Shown piece after piece: positions 1-14,549 of a stretch of DNA of 64,000 bases; position 1 is the stretch's first letter, and each line of letters begins with the position of its first letter. Made by a program: the position numbers and the translations under genes. The DNA lies in NCBI GenBank assembly GCA_964016885.1, contig OZ024746.1, positions 47,988,001 through 48,052,000 on the forward strand. Direction: 5' to 3'. This DNA comes from Eledone cirrhosa (lineage: Eukaryota). Below the pieces are notes generated by a model, which saw only the letters and a list, made by a program, of their open reading frames with translations, was not told where the DNA came from and searched no databases.

Positions 1-427
1 GAGGAGGACTTGATTTCGGCAGATGGACTGATTCAAGCAGCATTTCTTCCGACGAACGTTACTTCACATATACATACATACATATATATATATATATAAA
101 GAAAAAAAGATGAAATCGAAAATGCAACTGGAGACTTATTTAAAAAAAATATATATATATTTATTTGGTTCCTTTACCGGTTTCGCAGTTCTTCTGCTTT
201 TCAAATGTAGAGTTGAGATGGAGGGTCTGTGGTTTTTCTCACATCTGGTTGGTCTCTGAATGTTACTTGTTTTATATGGAAAAAGTGGCTCGAAATGCCA
301 GGTTTTTCGAGAAGTAATTTGATTGGTTGGTCAATAATTATAAATTTCGCGCCAGTTGGCGTTACAAAGTTCTTCAAACAAGGGCGGGGTGGGGTAGGCG
401 GTCAAAGGTTGTTTTTTCATATATTAG

Positions 428-920
428 TGTTTGAATTTCTTTCACTTAAAAAAAAGGGGGGAGGGGCGCTCACGAAGGCTTTTAATAAACGTAATTTGAT
501 TGGTTATAAATGAAATTATGACTCACGTGGACAAGTTTTCATTAAATTTTCGCACCCTTATTTGGAAACCTATTCTGTAGCCTTTTTAGAGAGTTTTATG
601 ACAAGTAAAAGATAATGGTCAAAAGAAATTGGATGGGAGAATTGTTCTGGTTCAGTGAATATGGTTAGTTCGCTGGGGTGTCAGAATTCAGATTTTCTAT
701 TGAATAAAGAAAGTAAAGATATGTATGTTTATTTGTGTGCTTGTGTGTGTGTGTTTGAATTTCTTTTTACTTACAAAAAAAGATGCTCACGAAGGCTTTT
801 TTTAAAAAACGTAATTTGATTGGTTATAAATGAAATTATGTGTCACATGAACAATTTTACATTAAATTTTTGCGCTCTAATTTGGAAATCTATTCTGTAG
901 CCTTTTTAGAGAATTTTATA
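428..920. repeat. Two diverged direct copies of a ~170-bp unit (428-599, 751-920); probable transposon subterminal repeat
   Basis: Both copies share GCTCACGAAGGCTTTT..AAACGTAATTTGATTGGTTATAAATGAAATTATG and TATTCTGTAGCCTTTTTAGAGA; the second runs into (TA)n. Confidence 0.6.
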
Positions 921-1030
921 TATATATACATACATACATATACATACATGTATATACATACATACATACATACATACATATACATACATATACATACATA
1001 TATATATATACATACATATACATAAATACA

Positions 1031-1061
<31 letters not shown>

Positions 1062-1135
1062 ATACATACATATATATATATATACATACATATATATATA
1101 TATATATACATATATACATATATATATATATATAC

Positions 1136-1322
<187 letters not shown>

Positions 1323-1557
1323 CATACATATATATACATATATATATGTATATACATACATATATATACATATATATGTATATACATACATATATATACA
1401 TATATATACATATATATATATGTATATACATACATATATATACATATATATGTATATACATACATATATATACATATATATATGTATATACATACATATA
1501 TATACATATATATACATACATATATATACATATATATACATATATATATATATATAT

Positions 1558-1618
1558 GGTGGCTGCCAACTCGTTTTCGAGTACGGCCACTACTTTATAT
1601 CCATGTAGGAGAACCCCT
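1558..1618 (-). mobile_element. 3'-terminal 61-bp fragment of the RTE-derived non-autonomous element
   Basis: Reverse complement of the last ~60 nt of 1986-2593. Confidence 0.85.
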
Positions 1619-1652
<34 letters not shown>

Positions 1653-1762
1653 CATATATATATATACATATGTATATATATATATACATACATATATATA
1701 CTTACATATACATACATACATATACATACATACATATATATACATACATATACATATGTATA

Positions 1763-1856
<94 letters not shown>

Positions 1857-1863
1857 CATATAT

Positions 1864-1924
<61 letters not shown>

Positions 1925-1985
1925 CATATATATACATATATATACATGTATATATATATATATATACATACATGTATATATATAT

Positions 1986-2593
1986 GTCAGGTCACCACTT
2001 GGTGCTACTGGTAACATGTATCCCAGTACAACCTGTCTCATGGTCGGGTCGTTGGCGACTAAACTGGCAACCCCACCAAGGTTTCTTGGTGAGGAGGGTG
2101 ACTTTGGACATCCTGCAGGACTAAAAACAAAACCTGTCAAAGGGCAAAGGAGCTCTTAAGAGTCAATGGTCATCCAAAATCACTGGGAGAGATGACCCCT
2201 TAGCCTTTGTCAAGGCAGAATTCTAGGAGAAGGAAAACTCTGATATAACACCTGCAACCCTGATGGTATCCAATGATGTTCACTTGTTCTTCTTTTTGGT
2301 AAATATCATCTTGGTTAAGAGAGTGGGACTGGCTTTGTGCAGTGCCTTTGCTCACTATAAAAGCTTCACGGCACAGGCATTGCTTTGTATCTGGAGATCT
2401 CTCTGCACTTGTCGTAACATGGTACCAAAGGTAAAGCACTATGTGTCAATAATTGTCACAAGTGTAGTGTTTGTACCAGAGTTTTCAAGTCGTTGGCTGG
2501 ACTAAAAAGTCACACTCATTCAGCGCATCGGTAGGGGTTCTCCTACATGGATATAAAGTAGTGGCCGTACTCGAAAACGAGTTGGCAGCCACC
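1986..2593 (+). mobile_element. ~605-bp non-autonomous RTE-derived retroposon, copy 1
   Basis: Four near-identical copies in the window. Carries the RTE-type 5'UTR motif GGAGAAGGAAAACTCTGA and a C2H2 finger remnant [25 protein letters not shown] at 2457-2534. Flanked by (TA)n. Confidence 0.75.
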
Positions 2594-2595
2594 AT

Positions 2596-2632
<37 letters not shown>

Positions 2633-2651
2633 CTTACATATATATATATAC

Positions 2652-2682
<31 letters not shown>

Positions 2683-3533
2683 CATATATATATATACATA
2701 TATATATATACATATATATATACATATATATACATACATATATATATATATATACATACATATATACATATATATACATACATATATATATATACATATA
2801 TATATATGTACATACATATATATATACATACATATATATATATACATACATATATATATATACATACATATATATATATACATATATATATACATACATA
2901 TATATATATACATATATATATACATACATATATATATACATATATATATATATATACATACATATATATATATATATGTATGTATATACATATATATATA
3001 CATACATATATACATATATATCTACATACATATATATATACATACATATATATATATATACATATATATATACATACATATATATATACATACATATACA
3101 TACATATATATATACATACATATACATACATATATATATATATATACATACATATATATATATATACATATATATATACATATATATACATATATATATA
3201 TATACACATACATATATATATATATACATACATATATATATATATACATACATACATATATATATATATACATACATATATATATATATACATACATATA
3301 TATATATATACATACATATATATATATATACATACATATATATATACATACATATATATATACATACATACATATATATATACATACATATATATATATA
3401 TACATACATATATATATATACATATATATATACATACATATATATATATACATATATATATACATATATATATATATATACATATATATATACATACATA
3501 TATATATACATATATATATACATACATATATAT

Positions 3534-3564
<31 letters not shown>

Positions 3565-3573
3565 CATATATAT

Positions 3574-3604
<31 letters not shown>

Positions 3605-3651
3605 CATATATATATACATACATATATATATATATACATATATATATACAT

Positions 3652-4255
3652 GGTGGCTGCCAACTCGTTTTCGAGTACGGCCACTACTTTATATCCATGT
3701 AGGAGAACCCCTACCGATGCGCTGAACGAGTGACTTTTTAGTCCAGCCGGCGACTTGAAAACTCTGGTACAAACACTACACTTGTGACAATTACTGACAC
3801 AGTGATGGGCCCATGGTACCATGTGACGACAAGTGCAGAGAGATCTCCAGATATAAAGCAATGCCTGTGCCGTGAAGCTTTTATAGTGAGCAAAGGCACT
3901 GCACAAAGCCAGTCCCACTCTCTTAACCAAGATGATATTTACCAAAAAGAAGAACAAGTCAACATCATTGGATACCATCAGGGTTGCAGGTGTTATATCA
4001 GAGTTTTCCTTCTCCTAGAATTCTGCCTTGACAAAGGCTAAGGGGTCATCTCTCCTGGTGATTTTGGATGGCCATTGACTCTTAAGAGCTCCTTTGCCCT
4101 TTGACAGGTTTTGTTTTTAGTCCTGCAGGATGTCCAAAGTCACCCTCCTCACCAAGAAACCTTGGTGGGGTTGCCAGTTTAGTCGCCAACGACCCGACCA
4201 TGGGACAGGTTGTACTGGGATACATGTTACCAGTAGCACCAACTGGTGACCTGAC
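3652..4255 (-). mobile_element. RTE-derived non-autonomous element, copy 2
   Basis: Reverse complement of 1986-2593 with few differences. Confidence 0.8.
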
Positions 4256-4331
4256 ATATACATACATATATATATACATACATATATATATACATATACA
4301 TACATATATATATATATACATATATATATAC

Positions 4332-4362
<31 letters not shown>

Positions 4363-4545
4363 CATATATATATACATATATATATACATACATATATATA
4401 TATATACATATATATATACATACATACATATATATATACATACATATATATATACATACATATATATATATACATATATATATATGTATATATACATATA
4501 TACATATATATATATGTATATATACATATATATATATATACATAC

Positions 4546-4602
<57 letters not shown>

Positions 4603-4645
4603 CATACATATATACATATATATACATATATATATATATACATAC

Positions 4646-4702
<57 letters not shown>

Positions 4703-4839
4703 CATACATATATACATATATATACATATATATATATATACATACATATATACATATATATACATACATATATATATATATACATACATATATATATATA
4801 TACATACATATATATATATATACATACATATATATATAC

Positions 4840-4874
<35 letters not shown>

Positions 4875-6301
4875 CATACATACATATATATATACATACA
4901 TATATATATACATACATATATATATACATACATATATATATATACATATATATATACATACATATATATATACATATATATATACATACATATATATATA
5001 CATACATATATATATACATACATATATATATATATATATATACATATATATATACATACATATATATATACATACATATATATATACATACATATATATA
5101 TACATATATATATACATACATATATATATATATACATATATATATACATACATACATATATATATAAATACATATATATACATACATACATATATATACA
5201 TACATACATATATATAAATACATATATATACATACATACATATATATATATATATAAATACATATATATACATATATATATATAAATACATATATATACA
5301 TAAATACATATATATACATATACATATATATAAATACATATATATACATATACATATATATATATAAATACATATATATACATATACATATATATATATA
5401 AATACATATATATACATATATATATATAAATACATATATATACATATATAAATACATATATATACATATAAATACATATATATACATATATATATATAAA
5501 TACATATATATACATATATATATATAAATACATATATATACATATATATATATAAATACATATATATACATATATATATATATATATAAATACATATATA
5601 TACATATATATATATATATATAAATACATATATATACATATATATATATATATAAATACATATATATACATATATATATATATATATAAATACATATATA
5701 TACATATATATATATATATAAATACATATATATACATACATACATATATATACATACATACATATATATATATAAATACATATATATACATACATACATA
5801 TATATATATATATAAATACATATATATACATATATATATATAAATACATATATATACATAAATACATATATATACATATACATAAATACATATATATACA
5901 TATACATATATATATATAAATACATATATATACATATACATATATATATATAAATACATATATATACATATATATATATAAATACATATATATACATATA
6001 TAAATACATATATATACATATAAATACATATATATACATATATATATATAAATACATATATATACATATATATATATAAATACATATATATACATATATA
6101 TATATAAATACATATATATACATATATATATATATATATAAATACATATATATACATATATATATATATATATAAATACATATATATACATATATATATA
6201 TATATAAATACATATATATACATATATATATATATATATAAATACATATATATACATATATATATATATATAAATACATATATATACATATATATATATA
6301 A

Positions 6302-6338
<37 letters not shown>

Positions 6339-6502
6339 CATATATATACATATATACATATATATATATGTATATATATACATACATATATATATATATG
6401 TATATATATAGATACATATATATATATATACATATATACATACATATATATATATATATATACATATATACATACATATATATATATATATATACATACA
6501 TA

Positions 6503-6534
<32 letters not shown>

Positions 6535-6573
6535 CATATATATGTATATATATATATATATATACATATATAC

Positions 6574-6604
<31 letters not shown>

Positions 6605-6716
6605 CATATATACATATACATATACATACATATATATATATACATATATACATACATATATATATATACATATATACATATATACATATACATATATATA
6701 TATATATGTATATATT

Positions 6717-6771
<55 letters not shown>

Positions 6772-7071
6772 ATGAATTCTTTTACAATGGAATCAGTCTA
6801 AACTTAAAGTCTAAACTTATCTACGGAACAGGTTTGATTTTGAAATTTAAATGTGTCTAAACATCACGGCCTTTTGCCAATACAGTTCGTCTCCGTTGAT
6901 TTATTATTTTAAATCGATATGGACAAACTGTAGTATAATAATTAGTATACTTCAATCTGGCTAAATTTTTCTTTCACAATATATATACAGATGTGTTGGT
7001 ATCTGTGTTTCATCACATACATATTAATTTATATATATATATATGTATATAATGTATATATACATATATAT

Positions 7072-7510
7072 AAGTCTTTCTCCCCCCCTCTTGCTTGCCT
7101 ATATCTGACCTGTAGTAGTTGCCTTTCTTCTTTTAGCTGACATTAAACCTGGCTTCTCTTCTTCTTTCTCCCCCCTTCTTTCTTTCTTTTACCTTGTGTC
7201 ATGAGATCGACGTTAACTTATGTTCCCATCCCTTTCTGTTCTCGTTTATCTGACCGGTAGTAGGACACTATAAACTTTAGCCACGTCACTCCAGGGCGAC
7301 CGGCTGAAGTTGAAGGAACAGAATACCGGTCGCCCTCGGGTCCTCGATTTTCAGCCCCATGGATTTTATCTATTACATTCACGTATTATATTTCGAATAC
7401 CTGATGATATCACCGGATTCATACGGAACCCGGTCATTGAAATGATCATAGTATAATAAACCTTTCAAGGATTTACACAAATCCAGCCTCCTGTCATTTC
7501 ATTATAATAT
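7072..7510 (+). mobile_element. Putative PLE solo pseudo-LTR
   Basis: Pyrimidine-rich leader, GC hairpin at 7293-7336, hammerhead motif followed by AATAAA, ending in (TA)n. Confidence 0.55.
7397..7454 (+). ncRNA. Minimal type I hammerhead ribozyme motif
   Basis: ATAC-CTGATGA-[..ACCGG..CCGGT..]-GAAA-TGATCA-TA-GTAT; helix I ATAC/GTAT; palindromic helix III. Confidence 0.75.
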
Positions 7511-7546
7511 TATATATATGTATATATATATATATATATATGTATA

Positions 7547-9869
7547 CTAGCAGTTTAGCCCGGCGTTGCTCGGGTTTGTTCATTTGCTATGAAAAGTTAC
7601 ATACAGGTAAACATGGTTTGAAAGTGAATAAGCTTATCAATTAAGTGCATAAAGCAGTTGAACCGGTTATTAAAAGTTACGAACCAATTAGCATTTTGGT
7701 CAATCAATGATGGGTTAATATTCGTCCAATAGCGAATTTAGTAGACCAAAGTTGCAAGATGGTGGCCCTGATGCCACTGGGTGTCAGATCTGTCCGCCAT
7801 GGGATACCCTACCAGGAAATAGTGTTCCAGACGGCATAGTTCCAACACCTGCACCAACATTTATAGCACCTCTTTGTAGACGATATTGCGTGTCATCCCT
7901 TGAGGAGAGTAAGCAAAAAGTCCATTCCTGCTCCCTGCGCGGGAACAGGCAACATAAAGTTGGCCATGGGAGAAGCATGGCTCCTCCAAATGGATGCCCG
8001 CCACCGACAATGTTTGCCCTTGTGACTTGTTAATGGACATGGCAAAACATGGTCTCACCGGGAATTGGGATCGTCGGAAATCGAACGGGATATCTGACGG
8101 GGAAGGTTCATCCTTGGAATGAAAACATTCTCCCCTCTTCCACACCCCGTTACAATGGTGGCCTCAATCAAGTGGGTGTCAGTGACTTGACGACCATGCA
8201 GGTACCTTTGCACTGCCTTGGTGGACGCAAGTTCCTTATTAGCATAATGGGACAGCCAACCCTAAGCTTAATAATGTGAGGTGGGAGCCCTGGGGGCTCA
8301 AGGAGATTTAATAACTCAACCGGATAATTAACGATATCGTCGGGGTCTGATTTGAAGATGTGCTCTTTACCGGGAATCTTCTCAATCAGCTGCTCGTTAA
8401 TAAAATTAACCATGGTATTTTTTGGAGCAAGGATGGCTCTTTCGCTGAGCCAATCGCGGTTTTTAAAGTTAGATGAGACATTAGGAAAATCTGCTTCCCA
8501 AAGGTCAGAAGGGCTGCTCACAATGTTGCACAGGGTATCGATTGCTATGCCGCCCTTGTCATCTGCAGGGATCTTGCCCTCACCAAGTGCTAAAATGTTC
8601 TGTGCTGCAGACATGTTGTCACCATGCAAATGAGCATGCATATTTGTGCTCAGGTACAAACTATTCACCTGGACCCACAACATGGACGACTTGAGACAGG
8701 CACGCACTTCATCAGCTCTTGTCCATTTGGGGATCACAGGAGGAGGCAAGGTGACGTTACCGTTTAATCAGCACATTGCAGGTGGCTCCCCAGCCCACTT
8801 TGTAGCATTGCAGAATTTGCAATTGAAGCGCATCTCGTCTATATTTATGTCAGAGCGCATCGAGTAATTAACGTTTTGCTAATACTTGAAAGCCCGTAGG
8901 TGCCAGTAAGGGCTGTTGGGGCTCGTCACACCGCGTGCAGCTTCTCGCCGTCGACTGTTACGCTTGAACGTAGAACATTGGTCGTGTGATTGGTGGGAAG
9001 GTCTGGCAGCAATAGCAGAAGCAACATTTGCAATGCTAATGGACCGCCCGTCTGCATTTTCAGAAGCCATGGAAGTAGTCATAGCCGCAGCGTCCGTAGG
9101 AAGGCGAGCCGTCCGTTGTTTTAAACGTTCCAAAGACCTGGAAGCAGCATTAGTCGCAGCGTTTCTAGCCAGGCGCTTCGACCTTTGTTCACGGCTCTCT
9201 GAAGCCCTGGAAAAAGCCTGGTATGAAGCCATTTTGGCTAGGCGTGCGGTGCGCTGTTGGAAACTTTCAGCGGCTCGACATTCTGCTGAACATAAGGCTG
9301 TCTGTGAAAGTCTTGAAGCATTTTCCTCAGAGGACTCGTTTGCTATAGTAGCCTTTTGCGTCACTGCTGATGCGGTATGTCGACTGAGGCGACTTCTCTT
9401 TTTAGGTGGCATTTTATGTCTAAAAGAAAGGGTGACAGTTACTTCTACAGAAAAATTGACTTTGAAAGTCTACTGTCTGTTTATGAATATTGTTATTGTT
9501 GTTGTGATACAAATGTTAGTAAGTAAATGGGTATCGAAAAATAAAGGGTGAAAGTTACTTCAACATAAAAATTGACTTTGAAAGTATAAGGCTGATAATT
9601 GAATGTAAAAAGATTGATAAGAAAGCCCCCCCCCCCCCCAAAAAAAAAAAATGTACAGGTATTTGTATGTATGTGTGTATTTTTATGTCGAAAAGAAAGG
9701 GTTAAAGTTACTTCTACAGAAAAATATAGTTTGAAAGTGTAAGGCCGATGTGTGTGTAAATTAAGTGACAGGTATTTGTATGTATCTGTGTATATGTATG
9801 TATGTGTGTATGAAAGTGTAAGGCCGATGTGTGTGTAAATTAAGTGACAGGTATTTGTATGTATGTGTG

Positions 9870-9901
<32 letters not shown>

Positions 9902-10530
9902 TTAAAGATTGAAAGTTACTTAAACATAAAAATTGACTTTGAAAGTATAAGGCTGATAATTGAATGTAAAAAGATTGATAAGAAAGGCCCCAACATTTTT
10001 TTTACAGGTATTTGTATGTATGTGTGTATTTTTATGTCGAAAATAAAGGGTTAAAGTCACTTATACAGAAAAATTTAGTTTGAAAGTGTAAGGCCGATCT
10101 CTTTATCATTATATGCTATTGTTATTTCTAAAACAAACTGTGTATGCGTCGATTGATTGAAATTCCCGCGTTCCTGTTTCTATGACGTCAATCGTAACCA
10201 TACCAACATATATGTGTGTATGCACCCACATATATGTGTGTAGATGTTTTTTTTCAATGTATCTGTTTTTCACAAACACTTATAAGAGAAGGTACAATTT
10301 TAAGGGGAGGTGATGAATGGGAGTAGATATAGGAAACGTATATAATATGAGAGAGGAGAAATCATTGATTGTTGAAATAAATCGATTTTTCCGTAATTGT
10401 GGCATTTTTTAGCCAATAAGATCGCCCATGACCCAAGTTAGAATATTTGTAAACATTCTGCTTAATTATTCATTCAATATTTTTGGAATTGTGTAAATGT
10501 ATAAAATTGAAACATACATACAGACACAAA
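7547..10530 (-). mobile_element. Internally deleted Helitron
   Basis: Minus-strand 3' end has hairpin CCCGAGCAACGCCGGG, 8 nt, then CTAG. Contains PIF1 helicase and RepHel N-terminal fragments and upstream tandem repeats at ~9425-10097. The 5' end is not defined. Confidence 0.85.
7861..9412 (-). pseudogene. Helitron RepHel remnant (N-terminus plus Cys motif fused to PIF1 helicase C-terminus)
   Basis: QFPVRPCFAMSINKSQGQTL, FSHGQLYVACSR, RAILAPKN, LRVGCPIMLIRNL and CKFCNATKWAGE..C*LNGNVTLP; frameshifts and a stop are present. Confidence 0.85.
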
Positions 10531-10539
10531 AATCTGCCT

Positions 10540-11845
10540 TCCATCAACTGGGGGTTTTTCCGGGGTGGGGGAAAGGTTATCTGTCCGACAGGTGCGAAAC
10601 GCGTCCTCCGCTGTTTGTTGTTTTGAATATCTGAGGTATTCGGCAGGGCGCGCGTGCAGTGGGGTGGCGCTAGTTGTCAGTCCATTCACTGCCTGTTTGT
10701 TAAATGTTACTGTGTGTGTGCGTGTGTTGTTGTCTCGCTTGAGTGTGTGTGTGTGTGTGTGTTGTTGCCTTGTTCCTCAGTATTGGCAGTGTAGTATGTT
10801 CGTATGGTGGAATGCTACTGTGTATGTGTGTGTGTAGTTGTCTCGTATGTGTGAGTGTGTGTGTGTAGTTGTCTCGTTTGTGCGTGTGTGTGTGTGCGTG
10901 CGGGTGTTGCTGCATCGTTTGTTAGCTTAAACCAGCCATCTCATTTCGCTTCTCTCTGATCGGTTGTTTATTTGCGGTTGCAAGCGTTTGATAAAAAGCG
11001 CTTCCTTGATACGTAACATGCCGATGTTTCTTTCAGTCGCTAGAATTGTGAATATGGGCCTTCCGTCTTTGTTTCCACATTTGTCTATGTGTTTCCGGAA
11101 AGACGAGGCCCTGGTTTTAGTGTGTTCCTTGATCCGGATGTGCAAAGGTAGGATTGTGCTACCTATGTAGTATTGGTTGCACCTGTCACATTCTATCTTA
11201 TACACGACGTATGTGCGTAGGGAACAGTTCACATGGCATATCGGGCAGTCTCTGAGGGAGCATGCATCAGTAGATTTCCCGGGTTTCCTGGAGAGGCATC
11301 TCCGCAGGGAGGGGCCCGAGTGGGCCAGGTGGATGTCGAGGCCCATTGTCACAATTCTAGCGACTGAAAGAAACGTTGGCACGTTACGTATCAAGGAAGC
11401 GCTTTTTATCAAACGCTTGCAACCGCAAATAAACAACCGATCAGAGAGAAGCGAAATGAGATGGCTGGTTTAAGCTAACAAACGATGCAGCAACACCTGC
11501 ACACACACACACACAGTAGCATTCCACCATACGAACATACTACACTGCCAATACAGAGGAACAAGGCAACAACACACGCACACACACACACTCAAGCGAG
11601 ACAACACACGCACACACACACACACACACAGTAACATTTAACAAACAGGCAGAGAATGGACTGACAACTAGCGCCACCTCACTGCCTCATTCGGCCGCTG
11701 ATCTCTGCCCGACCGACCCCATTTCACGCACACGCGCGCTCTGCCGAATATCTCAGATTTTCAAAACAACAAACAGCGGAGGACGCGTTTCGCACCTGTC
11801 CGACAGACAACCTTTCCCCCACCCCGGAAAAACCCCCAGTTGATG
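10540..11845 (-). mobile_element. 5'-truncated Penelope-like element with GIY-YIG remnant and inverted duplicate arm
   Basis: VVYKIECDRCNQYYIGST..RIKEH..IKEALFIKRLQPQIN at 10927-~11345; 11346-11845 is the reverse complement of ~10540-11050. Confidence 0.85.
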
Positions 11846-12115
11846 GATGTGAATCCGAAATATATAGGGACTATTAAATCTCTCCCAAGGTAACTCTCTC
11901 TCGTGTTGTTATTTTAATTTTATCCTTTATACTCTTTCCTTCGTTCTTCTACACATCTCATACACACCACGCATCTCAACGTACACCCACTTACATCTCT
12001 CTCTCCACCACCGGATCTTGTTACCCGGAGATTTACCCATTTGCATTTTCGAGGCTTCCAAACGACTTAAAGATATTTACTTATTATTCCACAATGCTTC
12101 AAGCAAACTTCAATA

Positions 12116-12120
<5 letters not shown>
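11846..12120 (+). mobile_element. Truncated pseudo-LTR-like element related to 22765-23010
   Basis: Shares the terminus CACAATGCTTCAAGCAAACTT and a hammerhead 3' half (GAAA-TATA-TA-GGGA..ATTAAA). Confidence 0.5.
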
Positions 12121-12151
<31 letters not shown>

Positions 12152-12155
<4 letters not shown>

Positions 12156-12268
12156 GTTATTCCGGGTTGAATCGGAGGTAACCACAGTAAGTAAGGTACT
12201 CAATACATTGCAGAGTATAAAAGTTTTAATATAGATGAGATTCTACAGGACTAGAACTGTTTCATTCT
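12152..12268 (-). mobile_element. Partial pseudo-LTR of the family at 32829-33110
   Basis: Nearly identical to 32829-32963; breaks within the hammerhead. Confidence 0.75.
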
Positions 12269-13270
12269 AACAATAGACTACCTGTATTAGACACAGAACT
12301 CTGGATTAACACTATAGACGAGAGAGCACAAATTCTCCACTCACACTATGCTAAACCCATGGCCTCCAAATACCTGATACTCAAAAACTCAGCAATGTCC
12401 AGTAGTGCTAAGTTTAATATTCTGATCGCAGATTTGGTACGAGTGATGAAGAATGTGTCCAGCATGTGCGACCCAACAGAAATGGAAGGACACATCCAAC
12501 ACTTCATCAACCGCATGCAGTTCTCTGGCTACAACCAAAGAGACAGAGTCAGAGTATACGAAGGAGCCATGGAAAAGTATAAGACCTTCATAGAACTGGA
12601 CATGAAAGGAATTTGCCCAATATACAGGAGCAAATCATGGAATAGCTTAGATAGGGCTAGACATAAGATAGGGAAGGCCACATCATGGTACGACAACCAG
12701 AGATATCAGAGTGTCATGTTTGTGGACGCCACCCCTGGAGGGAAATTAGCTAACCAGTGTAGAAAGGCCCTGAGAAAGACCCACTTAAAAATAAAGGTGG
12801 TAGAAAAGCCAGGAACCACCATAAAATCCCTGATCAGCAAAACCTACCCTTTTAAGAAAACCCACTGTACCAATAGGAAATGTATCATATGTAAGGTGAA
12901 CCCCCGGATAAACTGTAAAACTAGAAACGTAGTCTATAGCATAAGATGTACAGAGGGTACTTGCAGAAACATGACAACAACATACATAGGTGAGACAGCT
13001 CGTAGCATAGGTGAAAGGATAGACCAACACTGGGGGGAACTAAAAGGACGAAAAAACGGGTCAGTACTATACGAACATGCTAGACAACAACATGACGGTA
13101 ACATAGACAACATAGAAATTAGAATAATATCTAAACATAGGAATGACCCTGCAGATAGGCAAATCAGAGAGGCCAGTGAAATAGAAATTAGAAGACCAAA
13201 GCTAAACAGAAAGAATGAGTGGAACAACAACAACACCCAAACAAACAACACTGACCTAAGAGAAGTATAA
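12269..13270 (+). CDS. PLE ORF C-terminal part (RT thumb plus CCHH GIY-YIG endonuclease), 5'-truncated
   Basis: LPVLD..HYAKPMAS, MQFSGY, CIIC..NC..RNVVYSIRC..C..YIGETARSIGERIDQH..H...H, RQIREA, LNRKNEW. The open frame extends upstream of the ATG at 12359. Confidence 0.88.
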   Translation, partial: NNRLPVLDTELWINTIDERAQILHSHYAKPMASKYLILKNSAMSSSAKFNILIADLVRVMKNVSSMCDPTEMEGHIQHFINRMQFSGYNQRDRVRVYEGAMEKYKTFIELDMKGICPIYRSKSWNSLDRARHKIGKATSWYDNQRYQSVMFVDATPGGKLANQCRKALRKTHLKIKVVEKPGTTIKSLISKTYPFKKTHCTNRKCIICKVNPRINCKTRNVVYSIRCTEGTCRNMTTTYIGETARSIGERIDQHWGELKGRKNGSVLYEHARQQHDGNIDNIEIRIISKHRNDPADRQIREASEIEIRRPKLNRKNEWNNNNTQTNNTDLREV

Positions 13271-13538
13271 ATAAGTAAATAAAATAAAATAAAATAAGAT
13301 AAATAAATACATACACAAGCACATAAACACACACTAGTCACCCAGCAGACACAACACTATACACACTAGTCACACATCACACATAACACTATACACACAC
13401 GCAAACGCATGCGCAAAGAAGACAAAATAAAATAAGATAAACAAACAAGCAAATAAATAAATAAATATATAGACAGACTGAACAAAAAAAATGGCGTTGA
13501 TATATAACACAACAGGAGGAACAATGAATATAACACCA

Positions 13539-13566
13539 CTGACGATGTTGCAGATGTGCAACGAAA
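13539..13566 (+). ncRNA. Hammerhead core in PLE 3' region, helix I/III not resolved
   Basis: CTGACGA-T-GTTGCA-GATG-TGCAAC-GAAA. Confidence 0.4.
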
Positions 13567-13828
13567 GATTTATGTAAATTATGTAAACTATATATATGTG
13601 TTTGTGTCTATATTGTATCTGTATTATTTTTTGACCGCCGGTCAGTCAATGGCAACATTGAGGACCGAGTAAGTTAGATCGCAGATATAAAAGACAGCGA
13701 GAAGCGAAAACCAACCAAACAGTGAGTGTGTTCTGTTATTAATTCTGGCAATATTACGCAAATATGACCCTCCCCAAATATAACAATATCTGTTTCAACA
13801 CGATTTCATATAAAAAACCTCGCAAAAC

Positions 13829-13859
<31 letters not shown>

Positions 13860-13878
13860 TATATACATATACATATAC

Positions 13879-13909
<31 letters not shown>

Positions 13910-13910
13910 C

Positions 13911-13941
<31 letters not shown>

Positions 13942-13942
13942 C

Positions 13943-13973
<31 letters not shown>

Positions 13974-13974
13974 C

Positions 13975-14009
<35 letters not shown>

Positions 14010-14020
14010 CATATATATAC

Positions 14021-14087
<67 letters not shown>

Positions 14088-14168
14088 CATATATATATAT
14101 ACATATATATATATATACATATATATATATACATATATATATATATACATATATATATATACATATAC

Positions 14169-14217
<49 letters not shown>

Positions 14218-14336
14218 CATATATATATATACATATATATATATACATATATATATATACATATATATATATACATATATATATACATATATATATATAC
14301 ATATATATATACATATATATACATATATGTATATAC

Positions 14337-14367
<31 letters not shown>

Positions 14368-14368
14368 C

Positions 14369-14419
<51 letters not shown>

Positions 14420-14430
14420 CATATATATAC

Positions 14431-14505
<75 letters not shown>

Positions 14506-14511
14506 CATATA
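13829..14511. repeat. Interrupted (TA)n microsatellite
   Basis: Direct reading. Confidence 0.97.
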
Positions 14512-14549
14512 TTATATAAGATCAAAAGATGGTTAAAAGAGTTCCATGT

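Noticed and set aside
2457-2534. Host C2H2 zinc-finger exon
   Set aside because: Lies inside a multicopy element and is disrupted in one copy; better explained as an RTE ORF terminus.
8916-9551. 211-aa + strand ORF and other antisense ORFs over LINE/PLE/Helitron sequences
   Set aside because: Shadow ORFs opposite recognisable TE coding strands.
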